A stretch of 64,000 nt of DNA from Octopus sinensis (GCF_006345805.1 NC_043018.1:9920001-9984000), one strand, 5' to 3'; shown: positions 46,779 through 60,701, numbered from the stretch's first letter. A program made the numbers and translations. Notes: generated by a model not told the origin, from the letters alone.

Positions 46779-46932
46779 ATATATACTATATATATATATA
46801 TATAATATATATTATGTATATATATAATATAGTATATATATATATATAATAATATATATATTATATATATATATATAATATATATAGAGAGAGAGAGAGA
46901 GATTATTTATATATATATATATTATATATATA

Positions 46933-46991
<59 letters not shown>

Positions 46992-47015
46992 TCAGCAAGA
47001 GAGAGAGAGAGAGAG
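46740..47015. repeat. (TA)n/(GA)n tract
   Basis: Direct inspection. Confidence 0.95.
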
Positions 47016-47249
47016 AAAGCAGGACAGACAGACAGACATGCAGACAACGCAGCAGGCAGATTAGATTAGGTTAGGAAGAGTAAAACGAAGCCGAGCACAT
47101 GTAAAGTGTGTATGTGCATCGTACTGTAATTATTTTGCACAGAAAGACAAAATTGCATGAACAAAACAAGATGGCAGCAGTTAAACAGCTTCATCTGATC
47201 CATGTGGAGAGGAGATGCACTACGTTCTCCTTCCTCTTCATCTTGCTCG

Positions 47250-47404
47250 TTCCATGTCTCTCTCTCTCTCCTGCTCTCCATCTCCCTCACACACACACAT
47301 GTATGCCTTCCATCTTTTGTCCAAACCTTTCAATCTCCCCCTCTCCCTCTCATATCAATATACACGCTCTTCTTCCTTTCTCTGCATCTCTTTCTCTCTG
47401 TGTG

Positions 47405-47449
<45 letters not shown>

Positions 47450-47810
47450 TTCTCTCTCTCACACACACACATCAATCTATCTCTTCTTGCAAGATCTCCC
47501 TTCTCCACTCTTCTCTTCTTCACTCCATCTCTCTCTTTATTTCTCTCTATGTTACACTCTTCTTTTTCACTGTCTCTCTCTCTCTCTTTTAGCCACCTCA
47601 TTCTCTCTTCCCCCACTTCTTTCTCTCTCTCTCTCATTCCTCATCTCTCTCTTTCTCTCTCCAAATAAAGCTTCTTATTTCAGCATCCCCATCTCCTTCC
47701 TCTTCCTCCTTTCTCCATTAGCTTTCTCTCCCTCTTCATCTCTTCTCCCCCGACTCTCCTTTCTCTCCCTCTTCATCTCTTCTCCCCACCTCACTCTCTC
47801 ACATGCACCA
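47250..47810. repeat. Polypyrimidine (CT)-rich tract
   Basis: Direct inspection. Confidence 0.9.
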
Positions 47811-47864
47811 CAACCATCAGACTGCCAGTAGTTTAAAGGATGAAGAGGATTATTATAATAATCA

Positions 47865-48870
47865 ATAAAATCTAAGTTCATTTACATTATTAATGTTTGC
47901 TACTTTACTACAGTGTGGACAAGTCCATTTCCATAAGTGAGGGGTGCTGTGGCTACTATAAAAATGACTGACTATCAGCAAACAAGTGTGTGTATGTNNN
48001 NNNNNNNNNNNNNNNNNNNNNNNNNNNNNNNNNNNNNNNNNNNNNNNNNNNNNNNNNNNNNNNNNNNNNNNNNNNNNNNNNNNNNNNNNNNNNNNNNATC
48101 TTTTAGACTCCAGAGGCATTTCAATAATGTTGTTGTAGTTCTTTTATTGTCATGTCTAAATGTGTGTGCACCATGAGTATATTTGCATTTAAAAGAGTCT
48201 TGGTAAGACTTATGTAACATTTTATGCCATTGTTCTTATAACTAGAAACTTTCATGTAATATGCAATACTTTTTTGAAGATATTTACTGTTTACATCAGT
48301 TAAAAAATTGCATTCAAGTGAAAACTTATGAGCAAGAGTGGGAACTAATATCTTTCTATTAATCTTTGGGAATGAAGTGGTACAATTATCCACACTGCTG
48401 TAACTTACTTTAAGCTTACATCTATTAAAAACTTTTGTGGAACTTATGAGCAGTAGGGAAATGTTTACTAACTAAATTTAGAAAGTATTGACCAATGTTT
48501 GATCTGATATTCAAACCAGAAGGTGGGTTAAACCACATATCCTTTTTTTTTTTTTGAAGTTGCTAGTATTAGAAAAACAGTGCAGGGAAATGTTCTTGAC
48601 TCTATCAATGAAGACAGTTTCGCGAGGTGTCACTGTAAAAGAAAGCAGCACAGTTAAACGTTTCTTCATCAGAAGGTGTTCTTGAAATTTTGTTACAAAT
48701 ATTTCTAAGTAAATGTTTTTGAATGGTACATGGATAATTTGAGGTTTTGTGAATATAATGTGTAATTTTGTTTTGTGTTCTCAAAGAGTTGTAGATGCTT
48801 GTGGCTACATTAAGTGTAATGTCTAAAATATTAACCATGGCATTTGCAATAATCTGCAGAATTGTTGATG
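47865..48870 (-). pseudogene. Second Penelope-like element (RT thumb plus GIY-YIG), spanning the assembly gap
   Basis: VNILDITLNV..YIHKTSNYP..ISRTPSDEETFN; WFNPPSGLNIRSNIGQYFLNLVSKHFP..KVSYS; KSIAY...KCYISLT. Confidence 0.85.
47998..48097. other. Assembly gap (100 N)
   Basis: N run. Confidence 1.
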
Positions 48871-49057
48871 TTAGGAAGAACATTCAGATGTAAAAACCCT
48901 GCCAAACGGAAACAGTGGCCTGGGGTAGTCTTCTACCTGGTTAGTTCCTGTTAACCGTCCTATGCCTGTATGCATGGAAGATGGACATTAAATGATGATG
49001 ATGATGATGATAATGATGATACACAGACACACATACATGCACATATACACACCAACG

Positions 49058-49089
<32 letters not shown>

Positions 49090-49193
49090 TGTGTGCGAGT
49101 ATGTGTGTATGTATGTAAGTATGTATGTATGTATGTAAGTATGTATGTATGTATGCATGTATGTGTGTGAGTATGTGTGTATGTATGTATATA

Positions 49194-50096
49194 CAGGGTG
49201 TTTGAGCTAATTTTGAGAGTTTGCATAAAAAGAAAACACAACATCCTATCCAAAAATAAAGGTTTTATAAAAAACTTTAAAAATATCAACCTAGATTATG
49301 GCTAGGAGATAACAGTTTACCCCGTAGATGCCCTCAGCTTTGATTATGCCTTCAGAACCTGGTGCATGCATTCCTTACCTTGTCCCTAGGAAGATCTTTA
49401 AACACCTCCTTGATTTCGGTCACTGGTTCAGCCTTGGTATTGCAGGAAGAGCGATTGGTGTCTTTCTCAAATCCATGGGATTTTAATTGGGTGAATTTAG
49501 GGGGCCACAAATTGGGGTTGGTGAAATCATAGAAATTCTCCAACAACCATTTCTGACTCTTTCCAGAGGAATGCCAGGGAGCTGAACCCTACTGCCACAC
49601 ATATGGCCTTCCATCAGTGACCCTCTCCAGCCAGGGTTTCACGACACACTCCAGCAGCAACAGCTTCACATAGCTGTCTGAATTGAGTCTAAGGTCTTGT
49701 TTAAAGATATGAGAATGAAATGCAGTGTGTTGACACAGTCAGAATGCTTGCTGTGTCCCACCATGCAGGCCATTATTTCATAGTCTCTGTTGCAGCTGCC
49801 CATCTCATGTCTTGCAGCCTTTACAACGTCCACAGAGCATTGAGCAGCAGCAGTCCTGATGTTGGCATTTTGATACCAAGTACAAATCCTCAATATACAC
49901 GTTAACTCTTTCCCAATATTCAGATGGCTTCCAGTCCTTTGTGTCAGCCAACTTTTTCTCAATTACAACTTTAGTCTTTATGCTTTAGTCTTTATACTCT
50001 CCAAGGCCATGGACTGTCCACCAATACATCAAGATTTTCTTGAAAAAAGTAGACATAAAATATCACCAAATTTAGCCTAAACATCTAAACATCCTG
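49194..50096 (-). mobile_element. Internally deleted maT/DD37D-type transposon, second subfamily, both ends present
   Basis: TA|CAGGGTGT ... CATCCTG|TA; VKPWLERVTDGRPYVWQ*GSAPWH..QKWLLENFYDFTNPNLWPP; N-terminal HSKHSDCVNTLHFI. Confidence 0.85.
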
Positions 50097-50894
50097 TATA
50101 CACACACACACACATATATATGGACAGCTCCCTGCTAACTACATGTCAAACTGTCCTACTCATGCCAGCAGAAAAGCAGATGATGATGATGATGATATGT
50201 GTGCATGTGTGTGCGTATGCATATATGTGTGCATGTGTGTGTACATGTGTGTAACTTTACATATATATATATATACACACATATCATCAACTTATACATT
50301 TTGTATACTTTCTCCATTATATATAAATCTCTCTCTCTCTCTCCTCTCTCTATATAATATATATATATATATATGCACAAAATATATATTAGTGATAAAA
50401 AGACCATCCAATTATGATTATGAAAATTATGAAAAGCTACGTCAATGAATTTTGTCTGATGTATGCTAATATGGAAGGCGAACATTAAAATGATGAGAAA
50501 GATGATGATGATGATGATGATGATGATGATATGTACATCATAACTGACAGGCTCCAATGTCAATTACTTTTGATATTTCAGTTGCATCATTATGTACATT
50601 TCGATAACCAATAACCGATTAGACATTTACAGATCATTTCCTCAGAAGACATACATTGAAATATAAAACCAATTATGAACACCACCATCGTACAATTGAT
50701 GTTGTTCACTTCCAGTCTTCCATGTAAAACGTCTGGCTATGGGGAAACATTGCCTCACTCGCAAACAGGTGTGGGGGGGTGGCAACAGGAAACACATTCG
50801 GTCGTAGAAAATCTGCCTCAAAACATTTCGTCTGATCCATGCAAGCATTGAAAAATATCATGTATGATGATAACAACAACAATTATATATATAT

Positions 50895-51198
50895 CACGTG
50901 ATCACGTGACCGACCAGACCATCAAATGTTGCTACACATCGCTGGTCACAATGCATTCGCATTGTTTTAGCCTTCGAACGATGCCACCCCGCTGGCTAAG
51001 CGAGCAGGCAAACAGAAGAAAGAGTGAGAAAGAGTGGTGAATGAGTACAGCAGGGATCACCACCCACTGCCGGAGCCTCGTGGAGCTTTTAGGTGTTTTC
51101 GCTCAATAAACACACACAACACCTGGTCTGGGAATCGAAACCGCGATCCTCCGACCGCAAGTCCGCTGCCCTAACCACTGGGCCATTGCGCCTCCACT
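50895..51198 (-). mobile_element. SINE family D (head 1 plus GACCAGACCATCAAATG tail)
   Basis: Head GTGGAGGCGCAATGGCCCAGTGGTTAGGGCAGCGGACTTGCGGTCGGAGGATCGCGGTTTCGATTCCCAGACC. Confidence 0.9.
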
Positions 51199-51397
51199 TA
51201 TATATATCCATTGCATTTGGTGGATAAATATTCTTTATTTGTAGATTAACAATGCTATCAATGAGAATTTTCTGAACAAAAACAGAGAAGACTATCACCA
51301 GTTTTAAGTGGATTTTTCCAGAATTGTAAAAATTCTCAATACCTAAAACCATTGGTACTTTTATAAATTCACTAATAATATACATATACATACATAC

Positions 51398-51456
<59 letters not shown>

Positions 51457-52039
51457 TACATACATACATACACACATACGTACATGCACACCACACACAC
51501 ACACACACACACAAAGACTAATAACAGAAATGAGGAGAGCATAATTATGACAAGATCAATAATGAACAAAATTAAAATCTATACCAATATATAATATTCT
51601 ATGCAATAATTATGCTGCTAATTATATATTTGAATGCAGAGGACAATAGACGAATAATTATAACGAAATGAAGCAGAAATGGAACGACTATAATCCTGAT
51701 GGTTATCCTGTGCACTGGGGGTTACGTTAGTCAATTGAGATTAGGATTAAACATAAAAATCAATATAAAGATGAACGGCAGAAACAAACGTTTCAAAATA
51801 TTTCAAAATCATGAAAAATATTTAAAAAAAAAAACAATATTTGATGGCTAAAGAGATCAACAGATGTGACATGGCCACAAATTTCACCTTAGCATCAGGT
51901 GAATGCTAGAGTTATAATAATAATGGTACTACTACTACTACCACCACCACCACCACCACCACTACTACTACTACTACCACCACCACCACTACTACTACTA
52001 CTAATAATAATAATAAGAAGAAGAATAACAGTAATGATA

Positions 52040-52662
52040 ATGGTTTCAAATTCTGCCACAAGGCCAGCCATTTTGGGGAAGGAGTTAAGTCAATTACATC
52101 GACCCCTAGTGCTCAACTGTTACTTAATCAGTTGATCCCGAAAGGATGAAAGACAAAGTTGACCTTGATGGAATTTGAACCCAGAACGTTATGGCAGACA
52201 AAATACTGCTAAGCATTTTGCCCGGTGTGCTAACGATTCTACCAGCTCACTGCCTTAACAACAACAACAGCAATGATAATAATAATGATGATAATAATAA
52301 TAATAATAAATCATGAGCAGAAGTAGTGGGGGAGCATCATAGCCATGTGTTGAGAGGGATTCTTTGGAGTTTGAATGATTCACATCTGAAAACATGGGTG
52401 TTTCATTCAACATCCTTAAATAACACTTATTCAGGGACCTTTTGAGCAGGATGGGTTACTCGACCTGAAGAAAATTCTAACTGGGCCCCACCTGCAAGGT
52501 CATGTGCTGTTTGTCTTGATATGAGATCTCCATGTCACGCACATATGGTTGCGATGCATGTGCCTAGTGCACCCTTATCAGACGGGTAGTCATGATGGGT
52601 ATACTGGGCTTCGTATATTTTACCCCAGTGTCACTTTGATGGCATGCACTGCTCTCTCACAC

Positions 52663-52710
<48 letters not shown>

Positions 52711-52925
52711 CTTTTCTACTATAGGCACAAGGCCTGAAATTCTTTGGGGGGAGGGGAGTAGTCGATTACATCAACCCCAGTGAATAACTGGTTTTTATTT
52801 CATCAACCCCGAAAGGATGAAATGCAAAGTCGACCTTTGTGGAATTTGAACACAGAATGTAGTGACGGGCAAAATACCGTTAAGCATTTCACCCAGTGTG
52901 CAAACAATTCTGTCAGCTCACCATC
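52040..52925 (-). mobile_element. Two family A SINEs (52040-52257, 52710-52925) flanking a family E repeat
   Basis: Typical bodies and TAA tails. Confidence 0.85.
52311..52645. mobile_element. Interspersed repeat family E (TAA-flanked, class uncertain)
   Basis: Homologous to 58800-59125 (GAGAGGGATTCTTTG...GAAGAAAATTCTAA...GATGGCATGCACTGCTCTCTCAC). Confidence 0.75.
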
Positions 52926-53642
52926 TTACATAATAGTAACAACAACAACAACAACAACAACAATAATAATAATAATAAGAAGAAGAAGAAATATGACGAC
53001 TAAAGATATAAGAAGGTAGATTTGGTTAGTAGGTATGGTTCAAATACAATACTAAATATTGTGCAAGGAGTTTACAGAGACAGAATAACAAGGGTATACA
53101 TTAAATTAAAAATCGGGAACTCAAGATTTCATGTATATAAAATATAGATAGATATAACACCCTATAAGAGCACATGTTTAATTTATAGTTTTTGAAAGGG
53201 CCCAAAATGAATTCTGCATAAAGTTGTTACAGAATAAGAATTTTAAACAATGTCTGCACTTGATAACCATTTCGTTATGCTTGTTAAGTAGGTGTTGGTT
53301 ATTTGTCATAATGACAGCCAGTGCTTCATGTATATGAACATATCTATGGTATCATTTGACTCAATAAAGATTAGTGTATTGAATACGAAACAGAGTTGAA
53401 GATATATGAAAATATATACATATAGCTTAAAATGTACAATGTATACTTTAAGTTTCATGGTACAACATGATATGTCTTAAAAACACTACTTATATCAAGC
53501 AGTTAGGAAATTTTATCATGAAACTTAACATCTGCTGGTGCACAGTTTATAAAAATATATGCATGTATATATATATATAGATATATATATAGATATGTAT
53601 GGTACCAATAAAGTATTATAGCCTTGTTATAGTCAAATTACC

Positions 53643-53728
53643 AATTGGTTTCATACCAAATGCCAGAAGTTGAGAACCAGCTCCAGCAATCAACAGAAGT
53701 TGGTTCTCAATTCTGATTTGAAACCAAT
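53643..53728. other. Imperfect hairpin with pre-miRNA-like geometry
   Basis: 53664-53684 pairs with 53696-53715 (one bulge, one wobble, one mismatch), 11-nt loop; outer helix TTGGTTTCA/TGAAACCAA. Confidence 0.7.
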
Positions 53729-53764
53729 TTGTAAATTGGCTACTATGAGACTATAATGTATTTT

Positions 53765-53798
53765 GTTAATAATAATAATAATAATAATGATAATAATG

Positions 53799-53863
<65 letters not shown>

Positions 53864-53877
53864 TAATAATAATAATG

Positions 53878-53923
<46 letters not shown>

Positions 53924-53940
53924 TAACGATAATGCTGATG
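53765..53940. repeat. (TAA)n microsatellite
   Basis: Direct inspection. Confidence 0.97.
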
Positions 53941-54009
53941 ATAATAATATACAACCTCTGATAACAAAAATATTTTTTTCTGATCCATGAATTTTTGCAC
54001 ATCAATCTT

Positions 54010-54079
<70 letters not shown>

Positions 54080-54245
54080 CATACATATATAAGTATATTA
54101 TAGCCAAGTAAGGTGTATACTGCAGGCTACCCTCCAGGCCAAGGGTATCTTGATTAAATAAAGTTTACAGTGTCATTAGAAGGCTCATGTTAACATACAG
54201 AGGATTCACTCAGAATACGATATATGTATATTATATTTGTATGTA

Positions 54246-54301
<56 letters not shown>

Positions 54302-54321
54302 GTGTATGTGTGTGAATGTAT

Positions 54322-54550
54322 ATATTTCTTTACTGCCCAGAAAGGGCTAAACATAGAGGGGACAAACAAGGACAGACGAAGGGATTGAGTCAATTATATC
54401 GACCCCAGTGCGAAACTGGTACTTTATTTATCGACCCCCAAAGGATGAAAGGCAAAGTTGACCTCGGTGGAATTTGAACTCAGAATGTAACCACAGACGA
54501 AATACCGCTAAGCACTTCGCCCGGCGCGCTAACAATTCTGCCAGCTCGCT
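54322..54550 (-). mobile_element. A2 SINE
   Basis: Complete head and A2 tail. Confidence 0.9.
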
Positions 54551-54574
54551 GCACACATGTGTGTGTATGTATAT

Positions 54575-54972
54575 ACTCTTTTACTTGTTTCAGTCATTTG
54601 ACTGCGGCCATGCTGGAGCACCGCCTTTAATCGAGCAACTCGACCCCGGGACTTATTCTTTTGTAAGCCCAGTACTTATTCTATCGGTCTCTTTTGCCGA
54701 ACCGCTAAGTAACAGGGACATAAACACACCAGCATCGGTTGTCAAGCAATGCTAGGGGGACAAACACAGACACACAAACACACACATATATATAAATATA
54801 CATATATACGACGGGCTTCTTTCAGTTTCCGTCTACCAAATCCACTCACAAGGCTTTGGTCGGCCCGAAGCTATAGGAGAAGACACTTGCCTAAGGTTCC
54901 ACGCAGTGGGACTGAACCCGGAACCATGTGGTTGGTAAACAAGCTACTTACCACACAGCCACTCCTGCACCT
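54575..54972 (-). mobile_element. Full-length family B SINE
   Basis: Near-identical to 12481-12879. Confidence 0.92.
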
Positions 54973-55344
54973 ATGTATATGTATATTATATGTATATGTG
55001 TGTATATATAAATTTTTAGATATATATATATACAAATTTACTGACAGACCATATGCACAACACCAAAAGAAGTAGACCTCAGGAGAGTATTTGATATAAA
55101 TAATAGAACCATGGAAGAACACTTATGTCAGAATGATCAGATCAGCAAATGTTCCATTGCTGGTCTTAAACTAGTTTTTAAAAAGAATAAGTCATTATCT
55201 TGATTTAACATTTGTATCATCATCATCATCAATGGTTTGATTCAGTTCCATTGCAGGCCCTTAACAGCAGCCTGTCTCATTCAGGTTTTGGATTGCTGAA
55301 TACATACATACATACATACATACATACATACAGACTTTTATTGG

Positions 55345-55715
55345 ATACCCAGCCTTTTGTAGAATTGTGGTAACTAAGAAAATTAGGTGTAGATGAATGG
55401 CTTGTGAGAGTCTGGCAGTCTTTTACAGAGATGCTATCATCAAGGTGAGGGTTGGTAGTGAACTTAGTGAAGACTTTGGCTTGCTGGTTGGGCGTTTAAC
55501 AATGCTCAGTTCTTAGTCCTCTCCTTTTTTACTATAATTCTCTTTGTCGTAACAGATGAGTTTCAGGGAGACTTCTGTTGTATGCTGATGGCCAAGCTTT
55601 CATGGCTGAGCATTTTAAAGAATTAGGGAAGAATAAAAAAACTGGAAAGCAAAACTCAAAATTGAGAAGCTTCAAAGTAAACCAAAGACAAATATTTTAA
55701 TCTGCAGAAATAAGA
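55345..55715 (+). pseudogene. RTE-clade RT fragment
   Basis: LRKLGVDEWLVRV..FYRDAIIKVRVGSELSEDF..SVLSPLLFTII..LLYADG. Confidence 0.85.
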
Positions 55716-56134
55716 CAAAAATTTACTGCTCTCCATCTGGGGAAGCAAACATACTCAAAATATAGAAAAGAAGTAGATAGAAATTCCATATGGTGTTGCC
55801 CAACATCAACTATTGGTGATGCAGTGGGATCAGAGGTAGGGTAAGGGGGAAGAAGGACTGTGTGTAGCAGTTGTATAGGATTAATTAGCAGTGAGAGGAC
55901 CCTTTAAATAAATTCTTTCAAATGCTCAAAGGGCTCACTGTTAAGTAGTTGACAACTTCTGTAGCCAATGCGACATTTTTAGAGGCAGAAATGGGGGCTC
56001 AGAAAAATAGGCAGCAGATTGCAAATAACACAGAGAAAGTTTATCCTTTTTGTTATCATATTTCTTTTGAAATATGCTGTGTTTGTTTCCAATAATTTTA
56101 AAATAATGAAGAATTTAGTAAAATAATTAAGCTC

Positions 56135-57014
56135 AGGTAAGGTGGCAAGATGGTAGAATTGTTACCATGCCGGCAAAAGGCTTAGCGGCAGTTTGTCTGT
56201 CGCTATGTTCTGAGGTCAAAGTTCCACCAGGGTCTCCTTTGCCTTTCGTCTTTTCGGGGTTGAGAAAATAAGTACCAGTCATGCACTGGGGTCGATGTAA
56301 TCAATTTACCCACTTTTTTCCAACTTAACTGGTTTTGTGCCAAAATTTGAAATCATTATGAAGCAGGTGTCTGGGACATAAATTAACAGGAGGTTTTCAT
56401 GGAAGATTTTAATTTGAATCATTTTAATGCCTCTTGTTATGAAATTTCTGTTGAAATACAATTACGTTTGTTTGAATTAATTTTGAAAATAATGCAGATT
56501 TTACAAGAATAACTTTGTCCTTGTTAAACTGGTGTTTGGAACGTAAATTAACGTTTTGGGAGGAAGTTTAAATTTTGATTATTTTAAAACAGGAAGTTTG
56601 AATCATAAAAATGAAATTACCCTCAAATTGCACACTAACTGTTTTTAAATTGAAAGGGAACATTGGGCAATGTAATCTTAGATACATTTTGGTTGCATAA
56701 AAGATGGGATGCTTCTATGTGGCCACTGAAGTTATCAGACATTGCAGTCAAATCTTCCTCAAATCACACCATAATACCTTATTAGAACAAGGTACAAGAG
56801 GATAACGTTAGCACGTCGGGCGAAATGCTTAGTATTTTGTCTGTCTTTACGTTCTGAGTTCAAATTCCGCCGAGGTCGACTTTGCCTTTCATCCTTTCGG
56901 GGTCGATTAAATAAGTACCAGTTACGCACTGGGGTCGATATAATCGACTTAATCCATTTGTCTGTCCTTGTTTGTCCTCTCTGTGTTTAGCCCCTTGTGG
57001 ACAATAAAGAAATA
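56135..57014 (+). mobile_element. Family A SINE (56135-56350) and 5'-truncated A2 SINE (56803-57014), with TTAA-MITE relics between
   Basis: Typical bodies; the A2 tail is followed by GGTAT. Confidence 0.8.
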
Positions 57015-57059
57015 GGTATGTATGTATGTATGTGTATATGCTTATACACATGCATATAT

Positions 57060-57472
57060 CATCATCATCATCATCATCATTTAATGTCCTCTACCCATGT
57101 TGGCATGGGTTGGATGGTTTGACTGATAATTGGTAAGCTGAGGAGCTGCATCAGGTTCCAATCTGATTTGGCATGGTTTTTACAGTTGGATGCCCTTCCT
57201 AATGCCAACCACTCCATAGAGTATAGTGGGCACTTTTTACGTGCCACCAGCATGGGTGCCAGTTATGAAACACCAGCATCAGCCCCGACTAAGATCTCGT
57301 TTAGCTTGATGGGTCTTCTCAAGCATGGTATATTGCCAAAGGTGTTGGTCACTTGTCACTGCCTCCGTGACGCCCAAAATACAAAGGGTGCATTCAAGGG
57401 GTACTTCTTATGTGCCACCATCATGGGTGCCAGTTACACAACACTGGTATCAGCCACAACTACAATTTCAGC

Positions 57473-57480
<8 letters not shown>
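57060..57480 (-). mobile_element. Family C (RTE 3' UTR) copy
   Basis: CATCATTTAATGTCC...TTGGATGCCCTTCCTAATGCCAACCACTCC. Confidence 0.85.
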
Positions 57481-57506
<26 letters not shown>

Positions 57507-57649
57507 TATGTCATTTTACAATTTATATACATTTTATTTATTATTTTGCACATTACTTAATCATTGGTAAATGTTTTTATCTTATATTTAATTTTCTTCT
57601 ATATGGCATAATTTAATTTTTTCATTGTTGAATTGATAAAAGATGTTTG

Positions 57650-57655
57650 TTTTCT

Positions 57656-57715
<60 letters not shown>

Positions 57716-57938
57716 TTCTGTATATAATATATATATATATATATAGATATATATATATATGTATAATATATATATATGTAGTATATAATTATATTATATA
57801 TCTATGTATATATATATAATATATATATATGTCTGTATTTATATATATATATATATATATATAATTTTGTGAAATTTGATTTAGTATTTCTAAATTGAAT
57901 TTTTCTCTGTAAGTTTTGGAATAATATTCCTAATATAT

Positions 57939-57975
<37 letters not shown>
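57650..57975. repeat. (TA)n tract
   Basis: Direct inspection. Confidence 0.95.
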
Positions 57976-57978
<3 letters not shown>

Positions 57979-58129
57979 CCCTCACTCTTTATAGGTACAT
58001 GAGCATGTGTGTGCGTTGTGTGTGTGTGTGTGTGTGTGTGTTGTGTCTGTCTGTCTATAAAAAGTAAAGAACCAGAAGAAATGTTGCTAACCCTTTTGTC
58101 TGCTGTACTAATGATTCTGCCAAGTTAAT

Positions 58130-58585
58130 AATCCCTTCTAGTATACAAGGTCTGCAATTTGGTGGTGGTAGTGGGAGGGGGGTCAGTCGATTATAGTGAC
58201 CCCACTACTCAATTGGTACTTTATTTCATCAACCCCCAAAAGGGTGAAAGGCAAAGTCATCCTCAGTGGAGTTTGAACACTGAACATAAAGACAGGCAAA
58301 ACGCCACGAAGCATTTTGTCCAGACTAACAATTCTGCCACCATAACTAACAACAACAACAACAATAATGGTTTCAAATTTTGCCACAAGGGCAGCAGTTT
58401 TGGGGGAGGGGATGAGTTAATTACATCGACCCCAGTATTCAACTGGGTACTTATTTTATTGACCCTGAAAGGGATGAAAGGTAAAGTTGGCCTCGGCAGA
58501 ATTTGAACTCAGGACATAGTGATGGGCGAAATAGTGCTAAGTATTTCGACTGGTGAGTGAACGATTCTGCCAGCTCACCACCTTA
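58130..58585 (-). mobile_element. Two family A SINEs in tandem
   Basis: Bodies separated by (AAC)n. Confidence 0.85.
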
Positions 58586-58609
58586 GCAACAACAACAACA
58601 ACAATAATA

Positions 58610-59125
58610 ATGCAGTACCAGGCAGTGGATCTCATGGCTTCTGATCTTAACTGATTGGAAGTGTTGACACATAAATGTCTTGTCTTGGTGTAAAAAGATG
58701 GACTACAGCAAATATTCTGCTCAATAGAACAGATTTGCTTGTCAGTTGTTTGACCTTAACCAGTTGAGCATGTCCCTTAGTGGCTGACGATATGTGCATC
58801 TCTGATCATGGGAGTATCATACTCATGTGTTGAGAGGGATTCTTTGAGATTTGAATAATTCACCTCTGGAAACATGGGTGTTTCATTCATCATTAGGGAC
58901 CTACTGAACGGGATGGGCTATACGACCTGAAGAAAATTCTAATTAGCCCCCCACACACACACACACACACCTGCAAGGTCATGCAATGTTTATACTGATA
59001 TGAGGTGGTGGTGCATGTGCCTGGTGTACCCTTATCAGACGGGTAATCATGATGGGTATATTGAGCTTCATATATTTGTAGCCCAGGGTCATTTTGATGG
59101 CATGCACTGCTCTCTCACTCAATAA
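58610..59125. mobile_element. Family E repeat, longer copy
   Basis: See 52311-52645; flanked by TAA repeats on both sides. Confidence 0.75.
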
Positions 59126-59458
59126 TAATAATAATAATGGCTTCAAATTCTGACACAAGGCCAGCAATTTCAGTGAGGAGGCAAGTTAATTACATTGATC
59201 CCAGTATTTCACTGGTACTTATCTTATCTACCATGCAAAAATGAAAGGCAAAGTTGACTTCGCTGAGGTTAACTTTGCCTTTGTTTTAATTTTTTATTTG
59301 TTTCAGTCATTAGACTGTGGCCATGCTGGGGCACCACCTTGAAGAATTTTACTTGAAGGAATCGACCCCGTTACTTGGTTTTTTTTTTTTATTAAAGCCT
59401 GGACAAAATGCTGCTATTTTTTAGCCTAGCATGCTAACGATTCTTCTAGCTCACTGCC

Positions 59459-59517
<59 letters not shown>

Positions 59518-60051
59518 GACGTTTGGCAACAAATGGAAACAAAATTGAACAGGGAATAAAAACTCATAATAGTAATAATATTAATGTTGTTGTTGTTGTT
59601 GTTGTTGTTGCTGCTGTTCTTCTTCTTCTTCTTCTTCTTTCTCTAACATATTGTCATCATTTTTTTTTTCCTTTTCCATTCTTTCATCAATGTTCGGTGG
59701 AAATTAACAAACGAAGATGCTTGAATCAGACATAAAAAACATCACAACTCTATTTTCAAACAAACAAACACTTAGCAATTATGCCCTTTCATCGTTACGT
59801 TTAATTAAACATATGTTGTTCTTTTTCCCCTATTAGCAATGTCGTATTACTGAATACTATGCGTATGGATTGGTTAGTACAAAATAATATATGTTAATCT
59901 CACTGGCTGTATTGATTTCCTTCAGACTGGGGTGTAGGATGAGTGGAGGCAGGCATTATGGTTTATGCGAGCTTCAATTGTGAAAAGATGACAACACTGC
60001 AAGTGAGAGATCTCAGTAGCTAGCCATATGTTAAGTTGTAGCTTGAATATG

Positions 60052-60300
60052 CAATAATCCCTCTCCACAGCACGGTTCATCCATCGCAGTTCACTTACCA
60101 CGGTTTATTATTTAAGTTTGTGTCGATTCCTCCGTGGTGTTGGTTGGCATTTGTAATAAAATAAATATATACAAATCATAAAAATAATTTTAAAAAATAT
60201 AAACACAGTAGAGTCCTGTTTCTGCTTCGTTGCTTTTCACCTATTGCGGCAGGTTTTGGAATTTTGGAATGTAACACCCATGATAGTTGAGGGATTACTG
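60052..60300. mobile_element. Tigger/pogo-type MITE
   Basis: CAATAATCCCTC ... GAGGGATTACTG|TA termini. Confidence 0.7.
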
Positions 60301-60324
60301 TACATATATATATGAAGGTAAATG

Positions 60325-60356
<32 letters not shown>

Positions 60357-60367
60357 TGGCATGTATG

Positions 60368-60398
<31 letters not shown>

Positions 60399-60656
60399 GT
60401 ATGTATGTATGTATGTATGTATGTATGTATGTATGTATGTATATATATATAATATGCATTTAAGAATTTATTTATATATAAGTGATCAGGTGAAGTTACG
60501 TACTCCGCTATCTAAATATTTGGGTGTATAAATATATAAATATATATGTATGTATACAAACATATGTACACATGCACACAAAGGTATGTATGTATATATA
60601 TATATATATATATGTATACAAACATATGTACACACACACTCACAGATATGTATATA

Positions 60657-60701
<45 letters not shown>

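Noticed and set aside
48645-48675. CTGATGAAGAAACGT on the minus strand (hammerhead-like)
   Set aside because: It is coding sequence (SDEET) of the Penelope RT and lacks helix II.
59926-60002. AG/GT-bounded 77-bp candidate exon; one frame reads SGGRHYGLCE, reminiscent of a nuclear-receptor zinc finger
   Set aside because: Stops occur in all three frames from the acceptor and Cys spacing does not fit; only a start-exon reading (MVYASFNCEKMTTLQ) survives, with no support.
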